A DNA stretch of 63,982 nt, counting the filler, from Hyphochytrium catenoides (lineage: Eukaryota > Protista > Hyphochytriomycota): NCBI GenBank assembly GCA_900088475.1. It is 9 parts of 9 records of this genome, joined end to end, with 100 filler letters (N's around TTAATTAATTAA, not from the genome) between each part and the next. Parts side by side here need not be neighbours in the genome. Positions count along the whole stretch, not along the records: positions 23,682 to 39,036 come from FLMG01003445.1; 8 more parts are not named here. One strand, 5' to 3'. Of the stretch, positions 24,030-35,712 are shown piece by piece. The translations under genes and the position numbers were made by a program. The notes beneath the pieces are model-generated. The model made no database searches, was not told where the DNA came from, and saw only the letters and a program-made list of their open reading frames with translations. Positions within the stretch are counted from its first letter, which is position 1, and each line of letters begins with the position of its first letter.

Positions 24030-27000
24030 ATGGAGGAGAAAAGAGAAGAAGAGCGCAGGAAGGCAAAGGAAGGCGGGAGGCCAGTGGTCCATCCTCTGGC
24101 GGCGCCCCAAAGACCCGGTCGGAAAAGGCCTAAAAAGAGGCGAATGGACGACTCCATCGTACTTCCAAACTCGTCGCATCCTGTCTCTACTAACAGTATC
24201 CTCCTCACGCCGCCTGTCAATGCCCCAATCTATTCCTTTAAGAAGGAGTTAAGGCTTCAGCAGCAGGGACACCGAGTAGCGACCACTCTGCCTCCCGTTC
24301 CTAAATCAAACAATGAAGAAGAAGAGAACAAAGAGGTCCCAGCTTCTGAAGATGTGAAGGGTCCGGCTCTACCGCTGTGAGTACGATCCCAGGGCCGGCG
24401 CTCGCTGGTCTATCTGCCAGACACTATCTTCCCCTGCACCACAATGCCACTCTGGGTCCTCTTCGTCCTTTGTCTACATTATCGTCCTTGTCTCTTCCTT
24501 CCTTGACAACCGTATTTCGATCAGCTAGCTACTGTCAACTTCTGTCTCTCAAGTTGATGCCACCGTACCCTAACAAACGTTGGTCGCTCAACACTTCTCT
24601 TCCCTTATACGATCTCACTCAGGCCAAATGTATTCATGGATCTCAACAGCTTGCGGACACTCTTGTCTCCAGCATCTATTAGCAAGAAGGAAAAGTCAGA
24701 TAGCAAGAAGCCTAAGGTGACATCATGTCGCTCCTGTTACAGTGACGCCAAGACCCGCTGATCTTCGTCAAGCTAACATCCCTTACCTTCATCTCTTAAG
24801 ATGGTGGCGTTGCTGAGATTTAGCAATCCTTTCCCTCTTGCGTCTCCCTGTCTCCAGAAACTGAACTGCTTTCCAGCCGTGCCTCACAGCTTTCTTTTCA
24901 TGATTGCGACATGCAGGGAAGGGTACGGGTAGCAGACTTGTTCTCCTCTGCATCTCCAAGTCTCACCAGTCTCAGTAAACTGAGAGCCACACAACGCTCG
25001 GGGTCAGTGCCTAACTTTCGGTGGTCTCTGTCTTTCATATGTCTTTCATATGAATGTTTATGGGGATGCTTATTATCTCTATTATCTTATCACTGGGTCC
25101 TTACGTTAGTCACCTTGGTTAATAAGTTCCCTCGGCTGCTGCCATCAGTGTAGGCTCTGCATCTCCCTACAGCTGTCTCTTGCCGCTGCCTTCTGACTAC
25201 GAACTGTTCCTTTCACATGGCTTTGCTTAGGTCTCCGTGGAGAGCGCCTCACTACTTCCCCAAAGGTGGTCCACCGCGGCTTTTGCCACGCCCAGCTGCA
25301 GCGAAAACTAGGAAAAGGAGGCTAGAGAGAGTGCTTACGGCTGAAGAAGAGGTAGATCTACAGCTAGAAGCACAGCCGGACCGAGCCAGGCAACCTCTGC
25401 GAGAAAGAAAAAGTATAGGATGGCTTGTATCGGGTGGAAATATATGGGCACTAGCGAGAGGCCAGGCGCTCTCCATCATCTGCTGTGTACTTACCACGTA
25501 CGTTTCCGTGCCTTACTACTCTATTTGAATAGCGTCGTGCTCGCTCACCCGAGACGAGGAGGAGGAGAGAGTCCATCCGACAGGTGGACGCGGCAGCCTC
25601 GAAAGAAGAGGACAGGCGGATTGCCGAAGCAACAGGAATTAAAGAGGAAGTCTTTCCGGAGATCGAAGTTTTGATTAGAGATACAGAGGAAGAGAGAGAA
25701 AGAGAAGAGGAAGAAAGGATTGCAGCTGTGTTCAAGGTAAAGACGTGATACTCCCTTTCAGTCTGGTCCCTTAGAGTCCTTTAAGGCGGCGTTGCCTTAG
25801 ACAGACCTCCGGGCGTCAGCTTTGCTTCTGCTCAGTTTCTCTACGCACGCATGACATGTCACTCTACTTGCGTAGTCTTTGGCAGGTTCGTCACCCGTTC
25901 TTTCGGTTTCTCTGGTGCCGAGTGCGGCCTCTCTGCTTGGCCTAGGGCTCAATCACAGTCAGGAAGAGTTGTGGAAGCGCGAGCTACTAGGGCAAGGGAG
26001 AGTGAATGTTAGTGTCAATGAGTTTTGCCAGCTTCTTAGAGCCAAAAGACGGTGCGTCAGAGTTGGTTAGACAAATGAGTCTCGGAAGCTAGATAGAGTC
26101 TGATGATGTCACTTTCTTTCCTTGTCGTTGCAGGAGGCTTTCGGTCGCCACCTTGATCACTGTGAAGAAGGAAAAGGAGCGAAAGAAAAGCATCCTTCTC
26201 CTTAATCAGCCGGTAGTCGACGAGGACATGGCAGAGGAGGAAGATCAAGAAGAATTGGAAGAAAGGACACTCCTCCGCCGACTTTCACCGGTCTCTCCAT
26301 CGCCAGGTCTGCCGCCCTTGGTGCTAAAGGAGAAACAAAGCAAGCAGCACCTTACGCAGTCAGACGTACGACACTTTCTGAGTTTTTTTCTTCTGCAAAC
26401 TTGTCCGTGAACCTGGCACAATCTTAACATGGTCTCGTGTTTCTTCCTCTCCGCAATCGCGGTCTGCTTATTAATCTCATCCACTCCCTCTGACTCTTAT
26501 GATCTCTTATAAGGGATTCTTCTGACGTCTTCTTGTCCTCTCTGTTGAGTAGTCATACTATAAGAATCGCCCCACGCCGCGGGTCTTGAGGGCTGGCGGC
26601 GGACAATCTCCCTCAATAGAGCAACTAAGAGAAGAGCTGGCAGTTGCAGAGTTCGGGCTGAAGTTTCTAGACAGCAAAGGTAGCACCATTTCCCTTCAGT
26701 AGTGCCTTTTCTTCCGCTCTTGATAATTTTTTTTGGGGAGGCGATATTTCCCTTTGGGCCTCCCTTGCTTCAGCTTTCTTCCGCTGTGTTCCGCCTGCCG
26801 GCAGTGCTTTTTGCTTTCTGGCTTTGAACACTTGTCCTGGCGTCTCCTTCCTTCTTAGTGCGTGAGGAGGTCGAGTGGGTGCAGTCGAATGTCCCAGTGA
26901 CTTCTCTCAAGGCTGAACTCTATGCAAAGAAGTGGGGAAGAGAAAAGCTGCAGCGCGTTCTTCATTCCCTCAGACTCCACCTTCTTTTCAGGGCGTTTGG

Positions 27001-29323
27001 CACTTGGAGACACTTCTCGGTAACTCCAGTCACTTTCGCTGATTTGTGCTCTCGTAGAGCTGATCATTCCGCTCTTCTGTCCCTTTGTACTTTGTGACGC
27101 GCTTCTTTCTGTTTCTCTCTGTCCCTCGCTTCGTCACACGCTCTTGCCAAATGTAGGAGGTTATGCGTCATGAGATAGTTGCAGCGCGTTATTTGAAGTG
27201 TCGCGGTGTTCGCAATTTGCTTAACCTCCTGCGCTGGTGGAAGAGCCGACGAACAGTTATAGCGTGGGGCACTTGGATTGACACTGTGAAGAAGGAGAGA
27301 GAAGTCGAAGGAGAGTGTGCTGCCATCGTGATCCAAAAGTCCGTAAGGAGCTGGACGAGTAGGAGACAGGCACTAGGGGAAAGAAAGAGGCGGGCTGCTA
27401 CAGGTCCGAGCTGGCGAGAAACAGTTGGTTTTGACTTACGTGGCCCATGGCTCTCTGTGACATCCTCTTTCTCTTCTCCCTACCATTATGAACCATGTCC
27501 TTTTCATTCTCATCTTTGGTTTCTGTTCGCCCCAACCGGCCCAGGCCACCTCTATCGACCTGATACCACTCTGACCTTCATCCCTCTTACTTACTTACTA
27601 GAGATCCAGCGCATAGCGCGGGGATTCCTCTCTCGTCGGCGGCTGAGGCAATATAAGAAAGTGGAGGCCGCGATAGTGATCCAGAGGGTTTATAGAGGAT
27701 GGAAAGGACGGAGAATCGTAGAGCTTAAGAGAGAAGAGAGAAAGAGACGTGAAGCTGTGGTTACGATGCAGGTAACAACAAGAGGGTGACCCCGGGTGAA
27801 GGAGAAAAGAGAAAGGAGGTTCCCTCTACTACTGGGTGGCTGCCACTTCTTGGGCTCTACTCTTTATGTGTCTTGAGCTCACTTCCTTTCCTTTCTTCTT
27901 TCTTCAGAGAGTGGGACGCGGGATGTTGGGCCGTCGACAGTCCCAAGCTATGCGCTACGAGGTTCTGAAGGATCAGTCAGCGAGGGTTATCCAGGTGAAC
28001 TTCTAAGCGCGTCCCTCCCAAGCTCTCTCCCTTTAAGCCACCTCTCTGTCTCTAGTCCTCTCCCTTTCTTCTCTGCGCTTCACTCGTTCTCCTCCTCATC
28101 TATCTGTCTCCATCTCTCTTCCTTTTTGCCCTCATCATTATGTCCTTTCTTTCTGTCATCCTCCGCGGCACTCCAAAGTTCTCTCGTCCGTTGTTCTGCC
28201 AGCGTCTCGCCCTGCACTAGTTTTTACTCTCTAATGCTCTGCCCATAGTAAGGTCACGATGGTTCCCATAAACCTGAGCTTGTACGTGCCTCTTTGTTGT
28301 GCTGAATTTTCTTCACTTTTTCCCCTATGTTCAACTCAGGGTGCAATGCGCCGAGCTTTGAAGCGCAGAGAGAGAAGGCGAGAGCGGGCGGAGAGAAAGA
28401 AAGAGGTAGCAGCCATCGCTATCCAGGTCAGGTCCATCACAATCTGCTACTGAACAATCCTCATTTGTCACCGCACCTCGCCCTTCTAACATAATGTAAC
28501 GCCGGGTACAGAGTCACTTCCGGGGATACGCAGAGAGAAAGACTGTGAAGCAGATAAAAAGAAAGGAGCAGGGCGCCAGGGCTATGCAAGCTCTCTTCAG
28601 AGGTGTGATCGCAGGGGAAGACCATTGTTTCTCTTCTCTCGCAGAACATCTCTGTCTCTTATATACATACGCTTCCTTGTCCCACCGCATCTATTCTGGC
28701 AGGCCACAAGGTGCGTGTGGAGCAGAGAAAGGAGAAGAAAATAGTGGCAGCGACGTTAGTTCAAGCTCTCTGGCGAGGGTACAGAGACCGAAAGGAGAGT
28801 ACGTCGAAGGTAGGCAAGAGAGGTCTACTCATCGAAGAGAACCTAAAGCCCGTGCGCCCCTTTTGTCTCGCTTCCTACAGATCCAGGTTTCTCTCCTTCT
28901 CGTGTCTTCTCCTCTTTGAGCTCCTGCTCTGATCCTGAGCTGCCAGGTTCATAAGCTATCTTGGGGTCTTCTTATCTTTTGTTTCTCTTCTTCACTCTCT
29001 TTCTGTAGCGTGAAGCTGAACGCATGCTCAAAGAGCGAAAAGCAGAAGCAGCCACGCTCCTTCGTGCCCTGTGGTTGCGCTATAAAGCCCGGGAAGGAGC
29101 CGCTGAGAGACTAGAGAAGGAAAGAAGGGAGAGAGAAGAAGAAGCCAGTCGGTTCTCTTGCTCTTCTATTCTCATCCAGAAGACGTGGAAGGGTCACAAG
29201 GGCAGGGAGGACGTGAAGAAAGAGAGAGAGGTCGATTCCTATAGACCTCGACACTACGTATCGCACCTGCTGGGTCTCTGCCTCTTTCGTATTGAAGCGG
29301 ATTTCTTCTTTGTTGATGTTACT

Positions 29324-29355
<32 letters not shown>

Positions 29356-32300
29356 TCTCTCCCTCTTTCTCTCTCTCTCTCGCGCCCTCTCTCTTTCTCT
29401 TTCTCTCTCTCTCCTTTTTCAAAAGTCCGTACGCGGCATCTTATGCTCTATCTCCCTCTATCTCTTCCTCCCTTACCCGTTCTTCAGCTGCAAGTTGCCG
29501 AAAAGTCTCGCCAAGTCGCTGCAGTGAAGATTCAGAGCTCCGCTCGCGGTAAAATGGCACGCAAGATCTATGGAAAGAGAAGAGACGAACAGGCTGGAAA
29601 GAGAAAGGAAGATGAAAAGAGAGCGAAAGAGTGAGTAAAATGGGAAAGGGAAGAACTTTGAGCTGCATGGAGACGCCGGTCGTCTTCTTCTCGCAATGCC
29701 TGCTTCTCTTCTCTCGTGCCCACGGTACTCCCTGGTCGTCTCCCTTGTGTCTTGATCCCTCTATCTCTATCTTCTTGTTACTCTTCGTCTTCCATCCCAG
29801 CGTCTTCTCTCTTTTAGAATTTCTCTCTCTCCCTTTGTCCGACTGTTGCTTCCGCCTTTGTCTGTCTCTAATAACCTTGTCCTTCTCTGTCTCCCTACTA
29901 GTGCTGCTGCTGTCAGTATTGGCCGCGTTGTTCGTGGCCATCAAGCCAGAAAAATGCTGCCGTCGCTTAAGAAGATGGCGAACCAAGAGAAGAAGATTCA
30001 AGAAGAGAGAAGTGAAGAAGAGAGACGAAGGCGGAACGTGGAGGAGGAAGAACTCAGGGCAGCTGAGCAGAGAAGAGAAAGAGAAGAAGCGAGAAAGTGT
30101 CAGGAGAAGAGGAAAGGAGAGGCTCTTCTTCGGATCCAGCGCGCTGCAAGAGTGTATCTGCTCTTGCTTCGCCTTAATAGAAGGTCCTATTTTCTTTCTT
30201 TCTTCCACATATCCTGTCGGTCACGCTCTAAGCAACACTTTACGCTCTTCTGCCCATCGGCCTAACATGTCTCCTCGCGTCTTCTCCTTTTCTAGTCGAC
30301 TGGCTCGAAAGGCGCGGAGGGATGAGAGCGCCACGCAGGTGCAGAGGATAGTGAGAGGGAAGCTCGCAAGACTTGAAGCGACTAAACAGAAAGCACTTCG
30401 AGGACGAAAGGTTAGCAGATTTGCAAAGGGAAAACGATAGTTAGGGAGGGAAAGAGAGAGAGAGAGAGAGAATATAGGGTAAGGCAAAGGTCTGGCCTCC
30501 TTGTTGCTACCAAGAAGAGGAAGGGAGAAGAGCTCAAGAATAATAAAGGAGGAAAAGAGCTAGCACCAGAACTAACTGTTTCTCTTCTTCTTCCTGCCAC
30601 CATCCTTCTCCTCTCTCTCTCCTCGTCCCCACCTGGTACTCTCATGCGTCTCTACGCCTGCAACAGGGCCAGAACAGGGCTGATCCACGCTCGAAGTCCA
30701 TCGAGCAGGTGAAGTTTCTATGCAAAAGCCTCTTTCTTTTTTTCTTTTTTTTTTTGAGCGTTCACTCTCCTGGTTCTTCCTCTCTCTTTGGCCTTTCTCT
30801 CCATCTTCTGATATCATCACTATTATATCATGTTGCAGCGTGAAAGCCGCCTAATATTCTTAACTGCTTCTTCTCTCTCTCTCTCTCTCTCTCTCNNNNN
30901 NNNNNNNNNNNNNNNNNNNNNNNNNNNNNNNNNNNNNAAAAGAAGGAGAAAGAACAGAGAGAAAGGGAAAGGAGACAAAGAGAACAGCAAGAGAAGGAAC
31001 GAATAGAGAGAGAAAGGTTGGAGAAGGAACAAAAAGAGAAGGACCAACTAGAGAAAGAAAGGAAAGAGAAGGCACAAGAAGAGGAACTGCAGGCAGAGAG
31101 ACGGAGACAAAGGGAAGGCAAGACAGAAGAGAGCAAGCCAGACGTCAACCTGGGCAGAGACGGACAGAACATAACAGTGGAGAAGAGAAAGGAAGGAGAA
31201 GAAGGAGCGAACAACCTCAGTCAAGAAAGAGAGCGCGCTTTTCCGGCAGAGACGAAAGACGAAGCTGAAGAAGGTGTTAAGGCTGACAATTTGGCTGGCG
31301 GGAGAGACAACAATCACCTCCCGAAGCTTAGCGAGACGGGTGTTATGCTTCAGGAACCAACAGAGGAGAAGGAAAGTGGGGAAGAGAGCCTCAAAAGGGA
31401 GAGAAGCACCAGTGGAGAGGTGGAGCAGGAGATGGCTGCAGCGAACAGCGATGAAGCGACGACAGAGAGTGAAGTGACAGAGAGAAGAGAAGAAGGGAAA
31501 AGTCCTCGTTCGAGGAAGAGCAGCAGGCAGTCAGTGTCGACACCGCAGTCGAAGAAGAGAACCTCTACTGCTAGCAATGTCTCAAGAGATAGAAGACCCG
31601 TCTCTCCTTCTTCCCTCTCTCTTTCTTCTTCTGATACTGCTAGACGTGGTGGAGATAAGAAGGAAAGAGAAAAGTCTCCTCCTGCTCAACGCCGTCTCTC
31701 CTCCTCCCCATCTCCTCCTCGACCTCGAACGGAAGGGAGAGCGACGACAAGGCGCGCACCGCCGAGCCCTCCTTCATCTCCTTCCTCCAGCCATCGCCAT
31801 CGTCACAGCGCAGGTACGGCTAGAGAGAAGACTCAGAGGGACAAGAAAATTGAACCAGGACAGCCAGACCTCTCTCCTCTCTCCAACAAGAATGATAGCC
31901 ACAGCGGTATGGAAAGCTCAGCAGAAGGATTGAAAGCATCTCCACCTCAAGCCCTTTCTGCGGCGCCACGGCCCTCTGCAGATCTTATCTCAGAATCCGA
32001 GGAGAGAGAACCACCGTCTCTGCTAGATCAGTCTTCTCTTCTGGCAGACGCTGAAGAGAAGGCTCCCGTTCTGTCGGAAGATAGGAGAGAGGACGAAAAG
32101 AAGGAGGAGAAAGGAGAGACTGTCACTTTGAGGAAGGGGGAGAAGCTGAAGCCTTCCACGCCTCAAAGAAAGAGAGAGGAAGAGAAACAAAGCAGGCATG
32201 AGACTGTGCGCAAAGGAAAGGAAAAAGAGAGAGAGAAAAAGGAGGAAGCAGAGAGGAAGAGGAAAGAAGAAGCCGAGAAGAAGCGCCAAGCCGCAAGGGA

Positions 32301-34769
32301 ACTTCGACAAGCGGAGGAAGGAGCGTCAAGAAAGAAGCACGAAGAGGAAGAGAAGGCTAAAGAAGAGAGAAAAAAGAAGAAAGAGAGTGACGGCCAGAAG
32401 AGAGGAGGAACAGGCAACAAAAGAGGGGAGAAGGTGGAGAGGGAAAAAGAAGAAGTGGGCAGTGATGGGCTGGAGAGAGACAGAGAGGGAAGCGACGGTA
32501 GGACCACCGACAGGCCTTTTACGGGTGAAAGACAGCAGCAGGAGAAGGAAGAGAAGACAAAAAGAGAGGAAGAAGAGCGCGTGAAGAGAGAACATGAGGA
32601 GGAAGCTCGGAAAGAGAAAATAATGCGAGAAGAGCAGCAGCGCCAGGACGAAGAGCAGCAGCGAAAGCGTGAGAAAGAAGAACAGGAACGAAGAGCGAAA
32701 GAAGAGGAAGAGAGACGGCAAAGAGAGGAAGAAGAAGAACGACGAAGGAGAGAAGAAGAAGAGAGGAGGAAACAGGAGGAGGAGGAAAGAAGACGAAAGG
32801 AGGAAGAAGCAGAGAGAAGGCGTAGAGAGGAAGAGGAGGAAAAGAAGAAACAAAAGGAAGAGGAGCGAGAAAGGAAACGCATAGAAGAAGAGGAGAGACG
32901 ACGCAGAGAGGAAGAGTTGGAGCGAAGGCGTAAGCAAGAAGAGGAAGAGAGAAGAAGAAGGGAGGAAGAAGAGAGGAAGAGGAGGGAAGAAGAGGAGAGG
33001 AAGAGAAGGCAAGAGGAAGAAGAAAAGAAGATCAAAGAAGAGAACCTGCGGAGAGAGAGAGAGAGACTGGAAAAAGGGGCGGCAGCAGTGAGGCTACAGG
33101 CTCTGGGCCGTGGTTATATACAGAGAGAAACCTTCAGGCTTCAGCACGGGGAACATATGAGCAAGAAAAGAGAAGAGAGAAAGAGACTCGCTGCGGGCCT
33201 ACCACCCACAGGCGGTAAGTGCCGCGCCTTCTTGTTCCTTTGGCCTCTGTCTCCCTCTTCACACTGCCATAACCTCTCTTCCCTTAAATTCCAGACAAAG
33301 TCTGTCTTGCGGGGCTTCGTTATCTCTCATCTCTTGCCTTCTCTCTACTCTTCCGGGTCCGTCTTCTTTCCATCGGTTCAGTTGAGCTAATTCCCTTCCC
33401 TTCCCTCACTATCTGGCAAAGCCAAGTGACAAATCTGTTAATGTTATCTCTCTCTGTTTCTTGCTCTTCTCCTCTCTATCTCGTCTCTCTCTGGGCCTAT
33501 CTGTCTCCTCATCTTTGTCTATCTGACTCTGTTCCTTAATTTCTTCTGGCTACGACTCCATCCTTCTTCCTCCTTCTTTCAATCATCTGGGCGGGCGGCC
33601 TTGCTTCTTGCCCTTGGCGGGTCTTTTCCTTTCTCTGGAAGAAGACGGCAAAGCAAATGCAGCTGCTGCAGGAGAAGAAGGATCAGGAGACGGTGCCGGA
33701 GAAGAGGAATGGGTTGAATACTGGGACGAGGCAGCGCAAGCGACGTACTATTTCAACCTTAGGACCCATGAGGCCAGCTGGACGCGGCCAGGACATGGCC
33801 AGCAAGCCACTGCAGATGGATATGGGACAGCTGGGAACGTGACAGACTATGACAGTGATAATCCCATGGCGCACGGCGGGGCAAACGTCCTGGCATCCCA
33901 AGGAATGGTGTACACGGGTCCGCAAGGCGCTGCCGCTGCTTATCAGCCCGCAGGATTCGTTCTTCTCCCGGGTGGCGGAATGATGGGTAAGCGATAGGAA
34001 GATGAACGAGATCTAGCCCTTTGACTGGGGCCGCTCTCCGTCATTTGATACTTTCGCATCCTGGCGGCATCGTTCTTCTCCGGTTTCTTCTCTTTCTATC
34101 TCTGTGTCTCCTTTGTCTCTCTCTATCTCTCTCTCTCTCCCTGCTCTCTCTTTCTCTCATCTCTCTCTCTCTCCCCTACTCGATTCTCTCTCTCCTGTTG
34201 CAACCTACGGCCAGCATAGGTAGCCAACAGTTCGCTGTTCTCCCTCTCCTGCCTCGCTCTCTTGCCCTCTGTTATTACTTCCCGATAGCTCTCTGTTCAT
34301 GCTCCTCAGTCTGTCGCATGCGCCACTGGTTTCCTTTGCTTTCCATTGAGTGAACTTAACGCTAGACTCCTCTGCCCTGTCCCTTGCAGATATGAATGCA
34401 GCGGCGGCTTACTACTACGCGGCCGCACAGCAGCAAGCCGCCTACCAACAGCTCAACCCTTATGCCGCGGCCTATGCACCGCAGCTCTCCCACCAGCTTA
34501 CAGCGGCCTTACCTGCAGGCGGGGTGGCAGGCCTCTCCACCTATTACGGTGCTGCATCTGGTTATCCGTTGTCCTCCTTCCAGCCTCCTGGTACGCAGCA
34601 GTATCCCGTATCCTCCTCTAGCTTCCAGCAGACGCCACAGGGAGGCTACGGAGCAGCTGCTGGAGGGCAAGGTGGAGGAGAAGTCTGGGAAGAGTACTTG
34701 GACCAGCAGTCCGGTGCGTACTACTATTATAACCCGGCGACAGGAGAGACCCGCTGGGCACAGAGCTGA
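24030..34769 (+). CDS. Large IQ-motif repeat protein with ER/K single alpha-helix region and two C-terminal WW domains, multi-exon
   Basis: About 15 IQ-like motifs (e.g. AAIVIQRVYRGWKGRR, AATLVQALWRGYRDRK, AAVRLQALGRGYIQRE); E4R4-type tract at about 32530-33070; WW domains WVEYWDEAAQATYYFNLRTHEASWTRP and WEEYLDQQSGAYYYYNPATGETRW. Start codon and 5' exons tentative. Confidence 0.75.
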
Positions 34770-35712
34770 GGCTCTCCTAGAGAATGGCAGCTCGCTGCCC
34801 ACTGCTCCACCACCGAAGATAGAGGAGATGGACAGAGTGTGGGGAGAGCTGAAGAGCCGTCAAGAAGAAGAAGAGTACTTTCGAGGTCATTGTGCCAGAA
34901 ACAACGAAGCCTGGGTGATCTCGGCAAAATTCTAGGAGACCTGGTCACCGTCCGTAAGCCTGAGCTTCCATAAGGGCTCACATAGAGGTCCCAATAACCC
35001 TTATAAACTGCATTATATCACCGAGTCAGTGCGTAGCTGGAAGTACCCGCGATCAGGACACTGTGGCTACCAGATGAACCGATTGTCCGCTGCATGTGCT
35101 GCTGAATAGACCAAAAGCAAAATCATCTGGCCTCTCTCTCTTTCTCTCGTGTAGCTAAACCCTAGTCCCATCGTGAATTCTCTCACTGCACTAGGTTCTG
35201 TCTATTAGCTACCGGCGCTGAAGGAGTATGTACATTCTATTCCATAATAGGAGGAGCTGAAGTCTCTCCGTCGCTGGGGAATCGCCTCTTTCAGCCGCCC
35301 TACTAACATCAGCATAGTAGCTTCCCAAGTGCCAGCTGCCGACTGCGGCGCTACAGAGCCACACCCCTAACTTAGACGGCCTGGCCGTGGAAACACCTTC
35401 AACTTGACTTCCTTCTTGTGGCTAGCACAGTCCACCGTCGGTTCGCAAGTCAGCCGTGCCTCTCCGTCTGTCTCCATAAAACGAGCAATGAAATGATGAG
35501 AGGGGGAGAAGAGGTGCAACGAAAGGCAGAGAGATGGACGACAATCTTCTGAACGCGAACTGCACTCTACGATCTTGCTCTTTGTCATCAAACACGGCCT
35601 CCCCGTCCTGCCCATCAGGAGACTCTCATGGAAGTACATGGGCCCGTCCGCTATTTGGCCCAAGCTACAGCTTAGCTCTTCTCATGGTCCCAAGATCCTA
35701 CCGCGGGTCTAC

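Noticed and set aside
32023-33035. Long Ser/Leu/Phe-rich minus-strand ORFs
   Set aside because: Shadows of the ER/K-rich coding exon on the plus strand.
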